Shown piece after piece: positions 1-12,471 of a stretch of 64,000 bases of DNA (its first letter is position 1; each line of letters starts with the position of its first letter). The notes beneath the pieces were generated by a model. The model made no database searches and had not been told where the DNA came from. It saw only the letters and a program-made list of their open reading frames with translations. The DNA lies in assembly GCA_044892525.1 (NCBI GenBank), contig CM097887.1, positions 74,028,001 through 74,092,000 of the forward strand. The letters are read 5' to 3'. Both the position numbers and the translations under genes were made by a program. Source of the DNA: Schmidtea polychroa (Eukaryota).

Positions 1-971
1 CTGAGTTTAACTTTCTTTCCTTTCACAGGTGCAAATTTCTTCTTTGACCATCAGTCATGTTATAGTTAAAGGTTCTCACCAATTTCCCACAATTCGATCT
101 CTTAATAACTCTTTTCCGCCGGTTTTTAGATTTTCTTTTTTGAAAATAAATTAAATCCTCCTTTTTTCAAATCTCTATGATTTTTATTTAATTAATTTGA
201 ATTTTTTGTTTAAATCTTCTGTGAACCTCCATTACATAAAAATTATGACGCGCCTTTATATTAACATTGGACAGTAGTTTTACCCCTTTCTCAAAATGTA
301 ATGACTATCCATCTTGAATTCAATTAATTAATTTCAATTTTATTCCCACCGAAAATTCACTTGAAAATTAGATTTTAATAACTTTGATTTTGTTAATTTT
401 TGTTTAATCAAAAAATTTATTAAATATTACATAATACTTTACATTTTTTCATTTTATGAGTGTTTTCGTAAATTTAATTTAATAATTACATAATAAGTAG
501 GCTAAAATATAGTTTTACTCCAAAGTTAATTATTTTTAAATGAATAATAAATATAGGCCAGTAATATTTTCATTAACAATATTAAAAATAGCATTATATA
601 TTTGTACATGCCAAAAACATATTAAATGGGGAAATTACTGGGCTAATCATCATATAGAAATGATAAATAATGTAAATTATGTTTACAATCAATGTATTGA
701 TTACCGAAACCCAGACACACACGTTCAGACAGTACATGCCAATGAATAAGGAAGTCTGACTAATTGTGAATGTTACGTATGTGATTCGTTAAAGAAATTT
801 ACTCACACACCAAATGTAGGACAGAATTAAGAAAGATTGTGATTAGTCATTTCAAATTGATTGGTTATTTGCTTGTAACGTGTTTGTACATATAATCGAT
901 TATTCACGATAATTTAATCTTCATTTTTGAGAATTTTCTCTTTTGATTTAATAATATTGTTTTTATAAATC

Positions 972-2767
972 ATGAATTCAAACGGTGTGAATGGATCGTC
1001 AGAATCGTTTAATCCCATATTAACATGGGAAATGGGTATTGTCAACGAGGCAGGAAAATATTTAACAGCAGAAACGTTTGGATTTAAAATAAATGTTTCT
1101 GCTACATCTTTGAAAAAAAGACAACTTTGGACAATGATTCCTGATAAGATGGCTGAATATTTTTTCATAAAATCACACCTTAACCGTTATTTGAGTTCAG
1201 ACAAAGATGGTAAAGTTTCATGTGAAGTTGAAGAAAATGGTACTGAAGAACAATTTTTCATTGAATATTGTCCTAAAGGAACTGGCAAATGGGCTTTTAA
1301 ATCTGTTGCTTATGGGTATTATTTGACAGGTAATGAAGACAGAATATCATGTTTTTCTAAATCACCATCTTGGTGGAGTGCGAGATTAGCAATTCATCCA
1401 CAGGTACTTAAACATTTTTAAAAAATTTTATAAAATGTATGCTTAGGTTCATATGCAAAATATGAAAAGACAACGATATGTTAGACTGCAAGGGGATGAA
1501 TTGCATGGCGATCAAGTTATCCCGTGGGGATTTGACTCTCTCATCACTTTAGAGCACAGTACATGTGGAAAAGTTGCTGTATGCTCAAGAGATCATAGAT
1601 ATTTAAATAAAGATGGAACCTTGTCTGATAAAATTACTGAAAGTAGCTTATATGGCCTTGAACTGCGTGGTGGGGCAAATCCTGGTTTCACTTTTAAAGA
1701 CAACGAAGGGAAATATTTAACACTTATTGGTTCAACTGGAACTGTGAAATCCAAAAACAAAGTTGTTAGCAAAGATGAGATATTTACTTTGGAAATCAGT
1801 TATCCTCAAGTTGGATTACGTGCTCACAATGGAAAATTTGCTTCAATCAAACAGGGAGTTGATTTGTATGCCAACCAGGCAGATGCTGAAGAAAAGGAAA
1901 TATTTCAATTAGAATATCAAAATGCTTCTAAAAAATGGAAAATCAGAACTTGTGATGGTAAATATTGGACAGTTACTTCAGTCAACAGTGGTATTAAAGC
2001 AACAAGCGGAGATAAGTTAGTTTAGATTTTTATGATAACATTTGTTTTAAATTTACTTCTCAAAATGGCGATTAAAGGCCTTATTATTATTTTAGGTAAT
2101 AATTCAATTTTAAATTCAAAATAAATTTAAAAATATTTAAGGGTTTTCAAAATCTAGTACTTTTTAAATTAACTATTTTTATGTTAATTGTGATTTTAAC
2201 TAAAATTATTTAGTAACGAGTCATGCTTATTCGATATAATTCACCTACCCAGTGGAAAAGTATTAATAAAAGCCAGTAACAACATGTATGTCTCGTCTAA
2301 AAAATTGGGTTTAATGTCTGCAACTGGTGAAAATGTTGAAGATGTGGAAAGTCTTTTCCAAGCTATTTTGTTGAACCGTCCTATGATAATTTTCAAATCT
2401 GATTTTGGTCTTGTTGGAATTCGAAATAATAGAGTAGAATGCAATATGTCAACCTATGAAGCTTTTCAACTGGAAACTGTTAATGATGGAAACTATACGC
2501 TTAAAAGTTTATTTGTGTTTATTTGAAACTGTTAATAATTTTCAATTATTAGTAAATGGAAATAAGGATGCCTACTGGCGAATTGGAGATGATAGTGGTA
2601 TTAAAATTGACGGAACCTCTCCACCGCAGCAACTTATTCTTCAATTTGAGAGTGGAACTCATTGCGCAATATTGGCTCCAAATGGTAAATATATCCGCGG
2701 AGAACAAAATGGATTGATGAAGGCTGATTCCGATGAAATCAACAAAGCCTCATTGTGGGAATTTTAA
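972..2767 (+). CDS. FSCN: Fascin (actin-bundling, four beta-trefoil repeats); exons 972-1403, 1447-2015, 2214-2506, 2553-2767, 502 aa
   Basis: Motifs GKYLTAETFGFKINV, SLKKRQLW, W..RLAIHPQV, PWG.D.LITLE and C-terminal LWEF*. GT-AG introns of 43, 198 and 46 nt join the ORF-track pieces in frame (1509 nt, 503 codons). Confidence 0.95.
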
Positions 2768-4960
2768 ATTTTGTAAATAATAATTCATTTGACTATTTTG
2801 TTTTCCATTTTGATAAATCAGTCCGTCTAATTTTTGTTGACTAATATTTGATATGTAGTTGCAGAATAAACATATAATTGTATGACATGAAATTATTCTG
2901 CAATAATTGATAAATTTGATGCGTAGCCATTGCAAGTTTCGATTTGCTTAATATGATGTATTTTTTTATTTTGAAATTTTGCATTAATTGATTTTCAATT
3001 ATTAATGTTTGGTTTTGATAAATAAATAGAATTGTTAACATTTCAACTTTTAATTAGCCATTGTTTAGTTTACGATTGAAATTTGTAATATGTTTATATA
3101 TTGAATTAATTGTTTCATAAACATTGAATATTAGTCGTATATTTACAGTCTGATAATTGCGTCCTTAATTCTTAATATCAATTATTGGGTATTTTTCATT
3201 GTTTAAATGTTAAATTTGTTTACCAAGGAAAATTTGACTAACTTAAGAACTAAATCTAGCCTTGGCATAGAAATATCTGACCTGGAGTTAGTCAAATATT
3301 GAAAACAAGCAAAAATACTAAATTCTGTGTTTCAACTGAACTTTTATTTATAAATCTGCACTACACTTTTAGATATTGTGCAGATATTTGACTCAAACAG
3401 AGTCAAAAATTATTTTTTTCGCAAACAGAAATAATTTAGGAAACACTGAGTTAAAGGGAACATCTGATCTGATTATATAATCACATTCAAAAAATTAAAT
3501 TTTCACTTATGAAAATCGACATACTTACTATTTATAAGTAATATATAAATATATTCTAATATTAAATATAATTTATTACTTGGTTCGAATTTTTTAACCA
3601 TTCATCTTATGATTTTAACTGTTATTTGTCCAAATATGGAAAAATAATCAGCTATACAGCTACATAAAAACAATTTCCCTCACCATCAAACTAGGCCAGG
3701 AATGCGCAGAAATTGCACACATCGCAAGCAGATAACTAATTAAATAACAAGAATTAATAAAATAACAGAACTGAACTCGTCGAAATAGTTTTTACAAAAT
3801 TCTGATTATCCTCATTGATGACACGGCTGTCTAATAGTTACCTTCCATTTAAAATTTTTAACTTTGGTGTTTAATCTAAAATTTGAAATAATTGATAAAA
3901 TTGAATGTTTTGATGGCATAAATGCTGTGCGAATTTGGCATAATTGTAAAGTTCTACTATTATTATTGAACCTAGTGTTGGAAACAAATAAACAGCGCAC
4001 CATGCTAAGTTGAACAAATTCCAAAGATAAAACTATTGAAAAACTTCCGACTCAGTTGTGCGTAGCTCATGCTAAGTTGACCACGGTCCACGGGGCGTAG
4101 TTCACTCTTCAGCAGGTCAAGGAATTGAGAAAAAAACTTTTTCGTTTCGCCAAATGACGGCATGATTTTATAACGGAAAGCGTAGCGTGTAGAAGTCTTA
4201 TAAATTAAAAGAATCATGCGGTGATGCGGGTATATCCTGGCAACGAATGCTGAATTTAGATAAAGCTGAAGTAGCAAAGCTAGTTCTCCGCATCTTTTGC
4301 CAATCAACAAACTCCTCAACTTCAAACTATCATCACTAAATAAGAAGCCAGACAGACAAAAAAAAGAGCCAAAAAACGTCGAAGACAACAAAATGGCATT
4401 ACAAATGGAAATGCCATCAAATCAATTGATGACCAACATTGCGGACTCATCACTCACCTTATTGACTGATTCATTCATTGGCATTAATTGTGATGACTTT
4501 ATGAATCTCTATCTGACTGTTGTTCTATTAATCGTTGTTCAATTTCAGTTCAATGATCTAAATCTGTACAGTAAACCATCCTATAAAGTGTCACTCTTGT
4601 AACGCGATTTCTTTTTCTTATAATGCAATTTTACATTGTAACCAGAATCCCCAATTCAGCGAACACATTTTCTTTTTACGAGACTACCGTTTTCGATCGT
4701 TTGAGATGTACATTTTAGTTTGTTTTCAGTCATAGAACAAAATGGATCACAACAATTATTTTTATTTTATAGTGAATATCAGTAAAATTAAATAGTTAAT
4801 ATAATAAGTATACGACTATACGCCCATATGTAATTTTTGGTATAATTTTGATATCACATATTTTTAAATAGTTAAATTAACTTTTCTATTATTCAGGGCA
4901 GTAAGTAAATTCAATTTTTTGAAATCTAGATTAATTGAAATATTAATTGTAGCCGTCAAA

Positions 4961-5532
4961 ATGTCGAATAATAAAGAAACGAAAATATATATCGCCCCAA
5001 ACCAAAATACAAATTTTGGATAAACTAAACAATCAAGAAAAAACAGCAGATATTGTCAGATATTTAATTTAAACGAGTCAACAATTAGATCGATCAAAAA
5101 TGCAGAAGAAAAGATTAGAAATTCTGTAGCGTCCGGATCATCTGTACTTACCACAATTATTGCTCGTCCGAGAGCAAGTGTAATGGAAAAAACGGAACAT
5201 GATCTCATAGTGTGGGTAGAAGATATGACAAAAAACGGCTTCCTTTGGACGGAAATGTAATCAAACAAAAGGCTCTAAAAATATTCAACTGTTTACAAGA
5301 AACTGAAGAATCCATAGAATATCTTTCCAGTCCCAAGTTTGTTGCCAGCAATGGATGGTTTGAAAAATTCAAAAAATGCCATTCATTTCACAACATTAAA
5401 ATGCATGGAGCAAAAGCATCCGCTGACGTAGATGCAGGTAAAACATATCCGGAAGAACTCCAGAAATTGATTCAAGAAAAGGGCTATTTGCCTGATCAGG
5501 TGTTTAACGCCAATGAAACCGGTTTATGGTAG
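4961..5532 (+). pseudogene. pogo/Tigger (CENP-B/TIGD1-like) transposase fragment, frameshifted and truncated
   Basis: FVASNGWFEKFKK.HSFHNIK..G..ASAD and YLPDQVFNANETGLW* (first DDE motif degraded, then stop). Upstream HTH-like pieces lie in shifted frames. No convincing pair of TIRs found. Confidence 0.85.
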
Positions 5533-5923
5533 AACTTTCATTCAAATTTCAATGACAATTAAACAATATGTTTAATGAAAATATTTATTAAAATAATAAA
5601 GAAGGATGTATAATAAAAGGTTTAAATAAACTACTGTGTATTGTTATTTCAAGACGCCCTAAAGGGATATTTCTACAAACCATGACTGGCTTTAATTATT
5701 GTCAATAGCCCGATCTAAGTGGTGAAAACAAGATGAGGATAAACCCAAATTTTAGCACGATAGTAATAACCCCGAAGTAGGAGTAGAAGTTTTTCTTATC
5801 AAATTTCAACTGATAATTTACCAAGAACAATACAGTAATTAAAAGCAATTACTGGTATTCTGATTTATGCGATGTGAATTCACGTGTAATACACCCGTTT
5901 GCGAATTATAACATAGCCTATAA

Positions 5924-6891
5924 CAGCGGTCGGGAACCTTTTTTAAGTAGAGTCAAATCAACAAAAAATTTCAAAAAAATGAAATTTAAGAGCTGCAGTT
6001 ACAGACATATTCGAGCTAAAAACTTGTGTAGCATTAAAAAATTTGTATATTACGAAATGACTTATCTTATTTAATGGCAGGATTTTCCCTTCTTTATAAT
6101 AAATAAAACAAAATACATATTTTTAATTTTTCAGTATTTATTAAAGTTTATGATAATATAATATTAAATTATGAAAATTATGATAATATAATATTGAAGT
6201 TATGAATCAAATAATATTAAACATTTATTAGTGGGTATTTTGAACTTGTATCATTCCAGCCAACTTTTTAAAATTTTGCACATATTTGGTGGTTTTTAAT
6301 TGTAACAAAGCTTTTAAACTTTCATCTGTCAGCCTGCTCCGGTACTTATTTTTAATGTAGTTCATGGAAGAGAAAAATTGTTCACAATTGTACGTAGAAC
6401 CATAGAGTGTCAAAAGGCCAAGTGCAAATCAAACATTGAGGTTTCCCATTAACTTCTATAAATGCAAATCGTTCAGTCCACATTTTATTGAAACTTCTGT
6501 TTTCATCAATGATTTTTCTTTTTCTTGCATTCATTGTGGTTCAATAATTCAATTGAATTTAATAACTTTAATTATTTAATAAATTTTTGTAATGCACAGC
6601 AATAAAACCTTATCAATTCAAAAAATACTAGGAAACTAATTCACGGAACTTATATAACCGTGAGTAAAAATAATTGAAGAAAATGGTTGCTATGGTAATT
6701 TATTGGTTTAGAATAGATTGCTGAGCAATCGATTTTTTATTTAAATTTAAATATTTTTCGTTTGTGTCTTAGGTGATGATTTCAGAAACATACTGAAAAC
6801 ATTAGATGGCAGCAGCGAATTTTTTTAAAAATATTATTCAAAGTAAGAGCCACAGGTTTTGAAGCTAAGAGCCGCCGGTTCCCGACCGATG
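5924..6891 (-). mobile_element. Non-autonomous hAT (Charlie/SPIN/GTF2IRD2-like) deletion derivative
   Basis: TIR CAGCGGTCGGGAACC (5924) vs reverse complement of GGTTCCCGACCGATG (ends 6891), 14/15. 8-bp TSD gcctataa/gcccataa, 7/8. Internal minus-strand hAT dimerization-domain remnant YGSTYNCEQFFSSMNYIKNKYRSRLTDESL at 6228-6413. Confidence 0.85.
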
Positions 6892-8544
6892 GCCCATAAT
6901 CTAAAAAAAAATCAATAAATATATATTATAGGAAAAATGAAATTAAGTTAACATTGTCATATAAATGGCGACTCACCTCAACTGGTGTGCACACCAACGT
7001 ATATTATAGACAATGTTAACTTTCGCAGTTAGGTGTACAATGTAAATAAATCGTAGCCTTTGATTTAGCTCAGTAGAAATTATTTCCAACAGAAAACTAT
7101 AATTCCCAAATAGATTCCACCGCTATAAATAGATTAATTAGAAATTTAAAAATTAATTAATTATTCTTTAATTTTTTTTCAATTTTTTAAATATCTTTTC
7201 TTTTTAAATTTATTTTATATTTTTTTATCACTTTTTTAATTTTTTTGTACTTTTTAATAATTTTTATATATATTTTTTAATTTATTTTAATTATTTCAAC
7301 TAGGGGACCGAAATTAAAGACGGACAAATAGCATCTAGCGGTGGTCCACAAACCCGCTCGATTGCTCGATGATTATATTGTACACAGATACGCTAACTTT
7401 TCGCGAGTATTTACCCATTCGACACATTTCCAACTTTGATCATTCTGGTTTACACTGGAAACTGCACAAGGTGTTTAATGTTTATTACCTATAACCCAAC
7501 AAAATATTACTTTTTTAATTTGACATTGCGATTGTGTAACATCTAATTTAATAGTTTTGTGATTTCTTTTTTACAAGTTCCTGTCACTCTGTACGCGAAA
7601 CTATATATTAAATTTTAATTTTCCAGTTTTATATCAATGACAGAAATGCTGCCGTTGTAAACTATTTAACAAATTTCATCGGATGGTCATCTATTCAGAA
7701 ACATTTGTTCCAGATGTTTGCATTTGTCCAGTGTTTGATTTGTTTGGATCTAGTTTGGAAAATCTGTCTGACATTACTATCAGTGTTCCAGTTCCAAGAA
7801 CCTTTCCATTTTTCTTGAACCTTACCTTAAAGTTGTTTCTTCGAATCACAACATCTTGAAAATTATGCACATTATGCACATCCTTGCTGCAGCTGATCAA
7901 TAATGTGAATCCAAAAACAACAAGTGGTTAAACAACCCTTATCTCTCAGACATTGTGAGTGAGACTCTTGAATACTCTCGATCTCTTTTATTTTTCCCGA
8001 CCTGCAATTTATAAATTGATATCCAATCATGTCCTACCTGGCGCACTGAATCATTTGTTCGTTCGGACAGTTATGAGCTAAATAATTTTCGTTACAAAAA
8101 CATTTAATATTTTTCATATTTAAATTAAATTTTCTTTTTATATCGACTTATTGTCTTGAGTGAAATTCAATCAAATTCAATTCAACCTCTCCAATTGTTT
8201 CAAGTATATTTGGACCTTGATGTTTGACTTTGGCTGTCATCTCTTTAGGTAAAGTTTTATTGACGATGTTCCCCAATAGACATCCAGTATTGCCAGCCAA
8301 ATTTTTCATCTCCGATAAATAAATGATGATGCTTTTTCCAGCTTGAAATGACTTACTCATCAGTTCGTGGGAACAAACTTCTGAGAAATCACTAAATGTT
8401 CGAATTAATGCTTCCTTTGCTTATTCATGTTATTTCTTCATTTTGAAAAACCCCTTTCATTGAAATGAATGCCTTCCTTTTCAACGTATAGGGCAAAATC
8501 CTCTTTTTAATCATTATATCTATGGTATCGACATAATTAATCAA

Positions 8545-8738
8545 TGAATTTATTAAAAAGAGAACTTGAAGACTATAAATCAGTAATATATCGATGTTTG
8601 TTGATACTCACGAATTTTCGGCATTGCATTTTTCAAGAAAATTCACTTGAAAAAGGCAGTGCCGAAAATTCGTGAGTATCAACAAACATCGATATATTAC
8701 TGATTTATAGTCTTCAAGCTCTCTTTTTAATAAATTCA
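8545..8738. repeat. Near-perfect 194-bp palindrome (93-bp arms, 8-nt loop)
   Basis: Arm tgaatttattaaaaagag...cgaattttcggcattgcatttttcaag, loop aaaattca, then the reverse-complement arm. 3 mismatches counted by eye. Confidence 0.95.
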
Positions 8739-8789
8739 ATGGGAAAAATAATCAGTGGTGAAATTGGAAGAAATAAAAGTTCTTATAAT

Positions 8790-9880
8790 TGTTAGGTTCG
8801 ATGGGTATGTCTTCGAACTAACACAAAAATGTTCTATCTGACTCCACGTAAATAATTTATGCGCGTAGGTATAAATAAACAAGAAATATGATTTAAATAT
8901 TTATTTTTCAATTAAAAGATTATTCACACGTTTAAATAGATATATATATATATATAGGTACACCACGCTGCTTTCTCTAAGTATAGAAAACGGTTATTCA
9001 AACCGCCCTGAAGAGTGTTACTAAGTATCAAGGCTGGCCCTAAATGCGCCAACAGCCCGATATAGGTGAAAGGAAAAAGAGAACGGGACAATCACCAAAA
9101 TTTTCGCTATAGAGTTAACCCAGAAATTGGTTAACTCTTTTCAAATAATTATTGATAACGACACAACACAAAAATACGTGCTGACGTTATGATACCCCTT
9201 ATTTGAAATTACTTTAATTTGTTAAAATATAAACCGATTTGAAAATTACTTATAACTATTTAAATAATGATAAATACTAACTGATTTAATATCTTTACCA
9301 AATAACGTTATAATAGATAATCCACAAAATTAGCTTTCGATCCAATATTTCCAATACAAATTCTTCAATTTGATTGTCGATAAGACTAAATTCCCAAAAA
9401 TTCAAAACTAAATTTTCCTTTAATCGATGAAAATTATGCCAACTGTCACTTCGCCGAAAAATTAGTTTACGATAAAACCAAATTTCCCAAAATTCCAAAA
9501 CCTGACGAGAATTAGTTGGTTGCTAAAAATAGAATTGACTTCTTCTTCTCTAATTTCAGACACTGCGGTTTTCTGCCTTCTCACTTCGTCCCTCCTTCTA
9601 ATTTTTATCTATTATTTATACTAATTTATTTTACGTAATTCTATTAATAGTAATTGTTTAATTACTATTTTTATTATATATTTTAAATAATTTCTATAAT
9701 TCTATTTTTAGTAATTATTTATTACCAATTATATTTTAGTTTTAATTTTAGTATTTACTTTCTATTTTTGGTAATTTTAAAATACTATTTTTATTTTAAT
9801 CCTAATTTTGGTAATTAATTATTATTTTATTTATTATCTAATTTCGAACGTTTATTTCCGGTTCCTACTGAACCCCAACA
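8790..9880 (-). repeat. 3' LTR (1091 bp)
   Basis: Identical by eye to 22634-23738 except (TA)8 vs (TA)15. TGTT...AACA termini. Confidence 0.97.
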
Positions 9881-9882
9881 TG

Positions 9883-9892
9883 TCTTCCCCCT
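9883..9892 (-). promoter_or_regulatory. Polypurine tract (AGGGGGAAGA)
   Basis: Minus-strand purine run ending 2 nt before the 3' LTR. Confidence 0.8.
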
Positions 9893-10185
9893 AACAAGAT
9901 TTTCGTCCCGAAAATTAAAGCGGTAAAGGTAAGACAATTTGCAGCAGATACATAAAAAATAAAAATAAAATAAAATGAATCAACTGATTAAAATATATAT
10001 ATAAAGCAATCAAAGTCAAAATCAAAATAATCAAAAATTGTTAAACGAAATCAAGAATCAGATTAATCAAATGTTGTTCATAATGTCTATCAATTTGAAT
10101 ATCTGGATTGGATTGAGTTGTCGAAGGCGTTGGGATTGAGGACGTATAGCAAATTGCTAGGTCCATTGAACACATAGCCGAATTG

Positions 10186-12348
10186 CTAGTATTTTCTCCT
10201 TTTCATGACCTTGGCACTTTCGTTACGGATCCTTTGTTCTACAATGTCAGGTCTGTAACTGACCACCAAAGTCTCCCGTGTACTTACCTCTTTGTACACA
10301 ATTGAGGAGATGATATATGAGCCCTCATTAGCCTCCAATACTCCGTAATCGGGGAAATTGGATACGGCTACTTCATGGATTGGGCCTCCGTCGTATTCCT
10401 TGATACGCGGTTTCCATTTGCTGTCGGGTCTCTGCCACCAACTAGGATCTTCTCTGTCGAGATCTTCCCGTATTTTGATTGAGTTGCCCCTTCCGACGAA
10501 CTCGCCTTCCTTCACGATGATCGGCTCTCCTGTAATCGTGGGTTCACTCTTTGTTGCCAATATCTTGGTCAACGCGGGATCTGGTGGCTGATAGTGAGTT
10601 TCTAGGAGATTGTCATCCTCATCCTGGATGGATATCCTAGGCATTTTCTTTTTCGTACTCTTAGGAATCTCCTTTTTCCTTTTTGCGGAGATAGGGACAG
10701 TTTTCTCCTTGTCCTCTTTCTGGGGGAGTTTCTCCGTTGTTTTCTTTTTAAACTTCAAATCTTGTAGCTTAAGTAATGGTGCTACAGCTTGGGGTAACGT
10801 TCCTCCTTCTGCTCCTTGTTTGGGTTCACCCAACGGGGCCAATGCTTTCAGGATCTTGGTGACCCGTTCAACTAACTTTTCTGCTGGCTGTGGTTTGTCT
10901 ATTTCCATTTTAGCCGAATTCACCTCTCTACCGTCATTGGTAAGGGTGACTTGGAGGCAGTTATCGTCTGCACTCTCACAAGTGGCATAGTCGTCTTCAT
11001 CAGCAATTGAAATGGCTGGCGGCGACAAGGAATCTTCTTCCACTATTTTCAACAACTTTGACCTGGGGATATCTTCTTTCACATAGCTCTCCATAGCTAG
11101 AGGTTTCTGCCTGCTTGAGGTTCCGGGTTCCATCTGCTTTATTTGTGAAGACACCACCTCTTTCCGGGTGTCTGGTGAAATGTCATCAACCCAGATATCT
11201 CGTAAATTGTCGTAAATCTCCTTAATGGTTGTGACATCATTCTCCGTTTGTAGGTCCGAGAAGTGATGTGCCTCTTTACCGGTGACTGCTTTTGCTAGAT
11301 ATGCCAAACGGTAATACCCGTTGCATTTCTTTAGTTCCCTACTTTCGAGGCATTTAGCTGCGCCTAACTCACGAATTCCGAGTGCGCGCTGCATTGGGAA
11401 TCTGATTACTTCTAATAGGTCCTTTACTAGTAATCCCACGATGATCTTCCCATCGCAGATTTTTCTAATTCTTTCGGCACAGTCTTCTCCGTCGAACTGT
11501 CCTGTTATTTGTTTCTCGGTCATACCATGCGCATGCGATTGGTAATGTTTGACCTGTGCTCTGGGGGTGACTCTCGTGTTGAGTATTAGATCACCATTGA
11601 AGTGTGAGATCGAGATGGCCACGATTGCCGGTTTCAAAAATTGTCGTAATGTAGCGTAGTGAGCTGCTACGAAGATGGTGAGGTTATCCTCTTGTCTAGG
11701 GTCCATGCGCTGTCTAACGAAAGACTTGAATGTTTTAATGTCGTTATCGTTGACATTATATGTCCAGTTTGGGTCATTAACCCATCTCGTTTGTGTTTCT
11801 CTGTGAGGTTCCAGAATTTCCATTGCTATGATGGTATCTATACCTTCACATAACAGTGAGATGTTCTTTTCCCTTCCATCCCCGTTTTCTATCTCGAGGG
11901 TTGTGTGCTTTTGCAGCAAAATGGGGTTTGTGGCGCCAGGAACATAAACCGTAAATGGTTTGTTAATGGCGTGTATCCACAGGTGGTTGGTCAGACTATG
12001 TCTGCCAAACTCAGGCATGACATCGGTAAGCCTAATACTACCGTTATGCTTACCCGGGATTCTTGAGATGATCATTTGACGCTTTGGGGCCTCGTCAAAT
12101 TTAAAATTATTGGGTATGCCTGAACAATGACCGTAAAACCAGTGCCTTTGGCCTTTTCTACTTTGCTCCATAACCTGCTTCTCCAGGTTTTTATAAATAA
12201 GTTTTTCTTTTAGTAAGGTTGTAGCACGTATAATGCTATGTTTTCCTTGATATTGGGATATTGGGTGGCTCTGCATTCCTGAAATAAAAATCATTAACCA
12301 TAATATCAGATATACTGATATGCCATAATAGGCTAAAAAGATATGCAT
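10186..12348 (-). CDS. Accessory ORF (720 aa): N-terminal hydrophobic segment, DEDDh exonuclease-like domain (about 11190-11685, catalytic residues degenerate), long acidic/basic tail
   Basis: Intact 720-codon ORF inside the element. AISISHFNGDLILNTRVTP...VKHYQSHAHGMTEKQI...KICDGKIIVG...RLAYLAKAVTGK...ENDVTTIKEIY follows the ISG20/REX4 sequence pattern. Confidence 0.7.
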   Translation of the reverse strand: MHIFLAYYGISVYLILWLMIFISGMQSHPISQYQGKHSIIRATTLLKEKLIYKNLEKQVMEQSRKGQRHWFYGHCSGIPNNFKFDEAPKRQMIISRIPGKHNGSIRLTDVMPEFGRHSLTNHLWIHAINKPFTVYVPGATNPILLQKHTTLEIENGDGREKNISLLCEGIDTIIAMEILEPHRETQTRWVNDPNWTYNVNDNDIKTFKSFVRQRMDPRQEDNLTIFVAAHYATLRQFLKPAIVAISISHFNGDLILNTRVTPRAQVKHYQSHAHGMTEKQITGQFDGEDCAERIRKICDGKIIVGLLVKDLLEVIRFPMQRALGIRELGAAKCLESRELKKCNGYYRLAYLAKAVTGKEAHHFSDLQTENDVTTIKEIYDNLRDIWVDDISPDTRKEVVSSQIKQMEPGTSSRQKPLAMESYVKEDIPRSKLLKIVEEDSLSPPAISIADEDDYATCESADDNCLQVTLTNDGREVNSAKMEIDKPQPAEKLVERVTKILKALAPLGEPKQGAEGGTLPQAVAPLLKLQDLKFKKKTTEKLPQKEDKEKTVPISAKRKKEIPKSTKKKMPRISIQDEDDNLLETHYQPPDPALTKILATKSEPTITGEPIIVKEGEFVGRGNSIKIREDLDREDPSWWQRPDSKWKPRIKEYDGGPIHEVAVSNFPDYGVLEANEGSYIISSIVYKEVSTRETLVVSYRPDIVEQRIRNESAKVMKRRKY

Positions 12349-12471
12349 GAGTCTTCTAAAAGATCTACATATGCTGAATTTTAATGCTACCTGGAGCTCT
12401 ACGTAAATATAGATTTTAATATATATATAAATATTTATATATGATTTTTCCCTCGGGGGAGTCTGTAATTG

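Noticed and set aside
3230-3410. Short inverted repeats (tttgactaact/agttagtcaaa; tttgactc/gagtcaaa)
   Set aside because: Only 8-12 bp in AT-rich DNA with no TSD; likely old MITE debris.
4005-4602. GC-richer patch with 101-128 aa ORFs and a possible pogo TIR (TA|CAGTAAACC at 4569)
   Set aside because: No domain motif and no matching second TIR was found.
9293-9498. Identical 67-aa ORF in both LTRs
   Set aside because: Alternative start, biased composition, and duplicated only because the LTRs are.
11830-12130. Possible cupin/2OG-oxygenase-like fold upstream of the exonuclease-like domain
   Set aside because: It is beta-rich, but I could not find an HxD...H motif; too weak to call.
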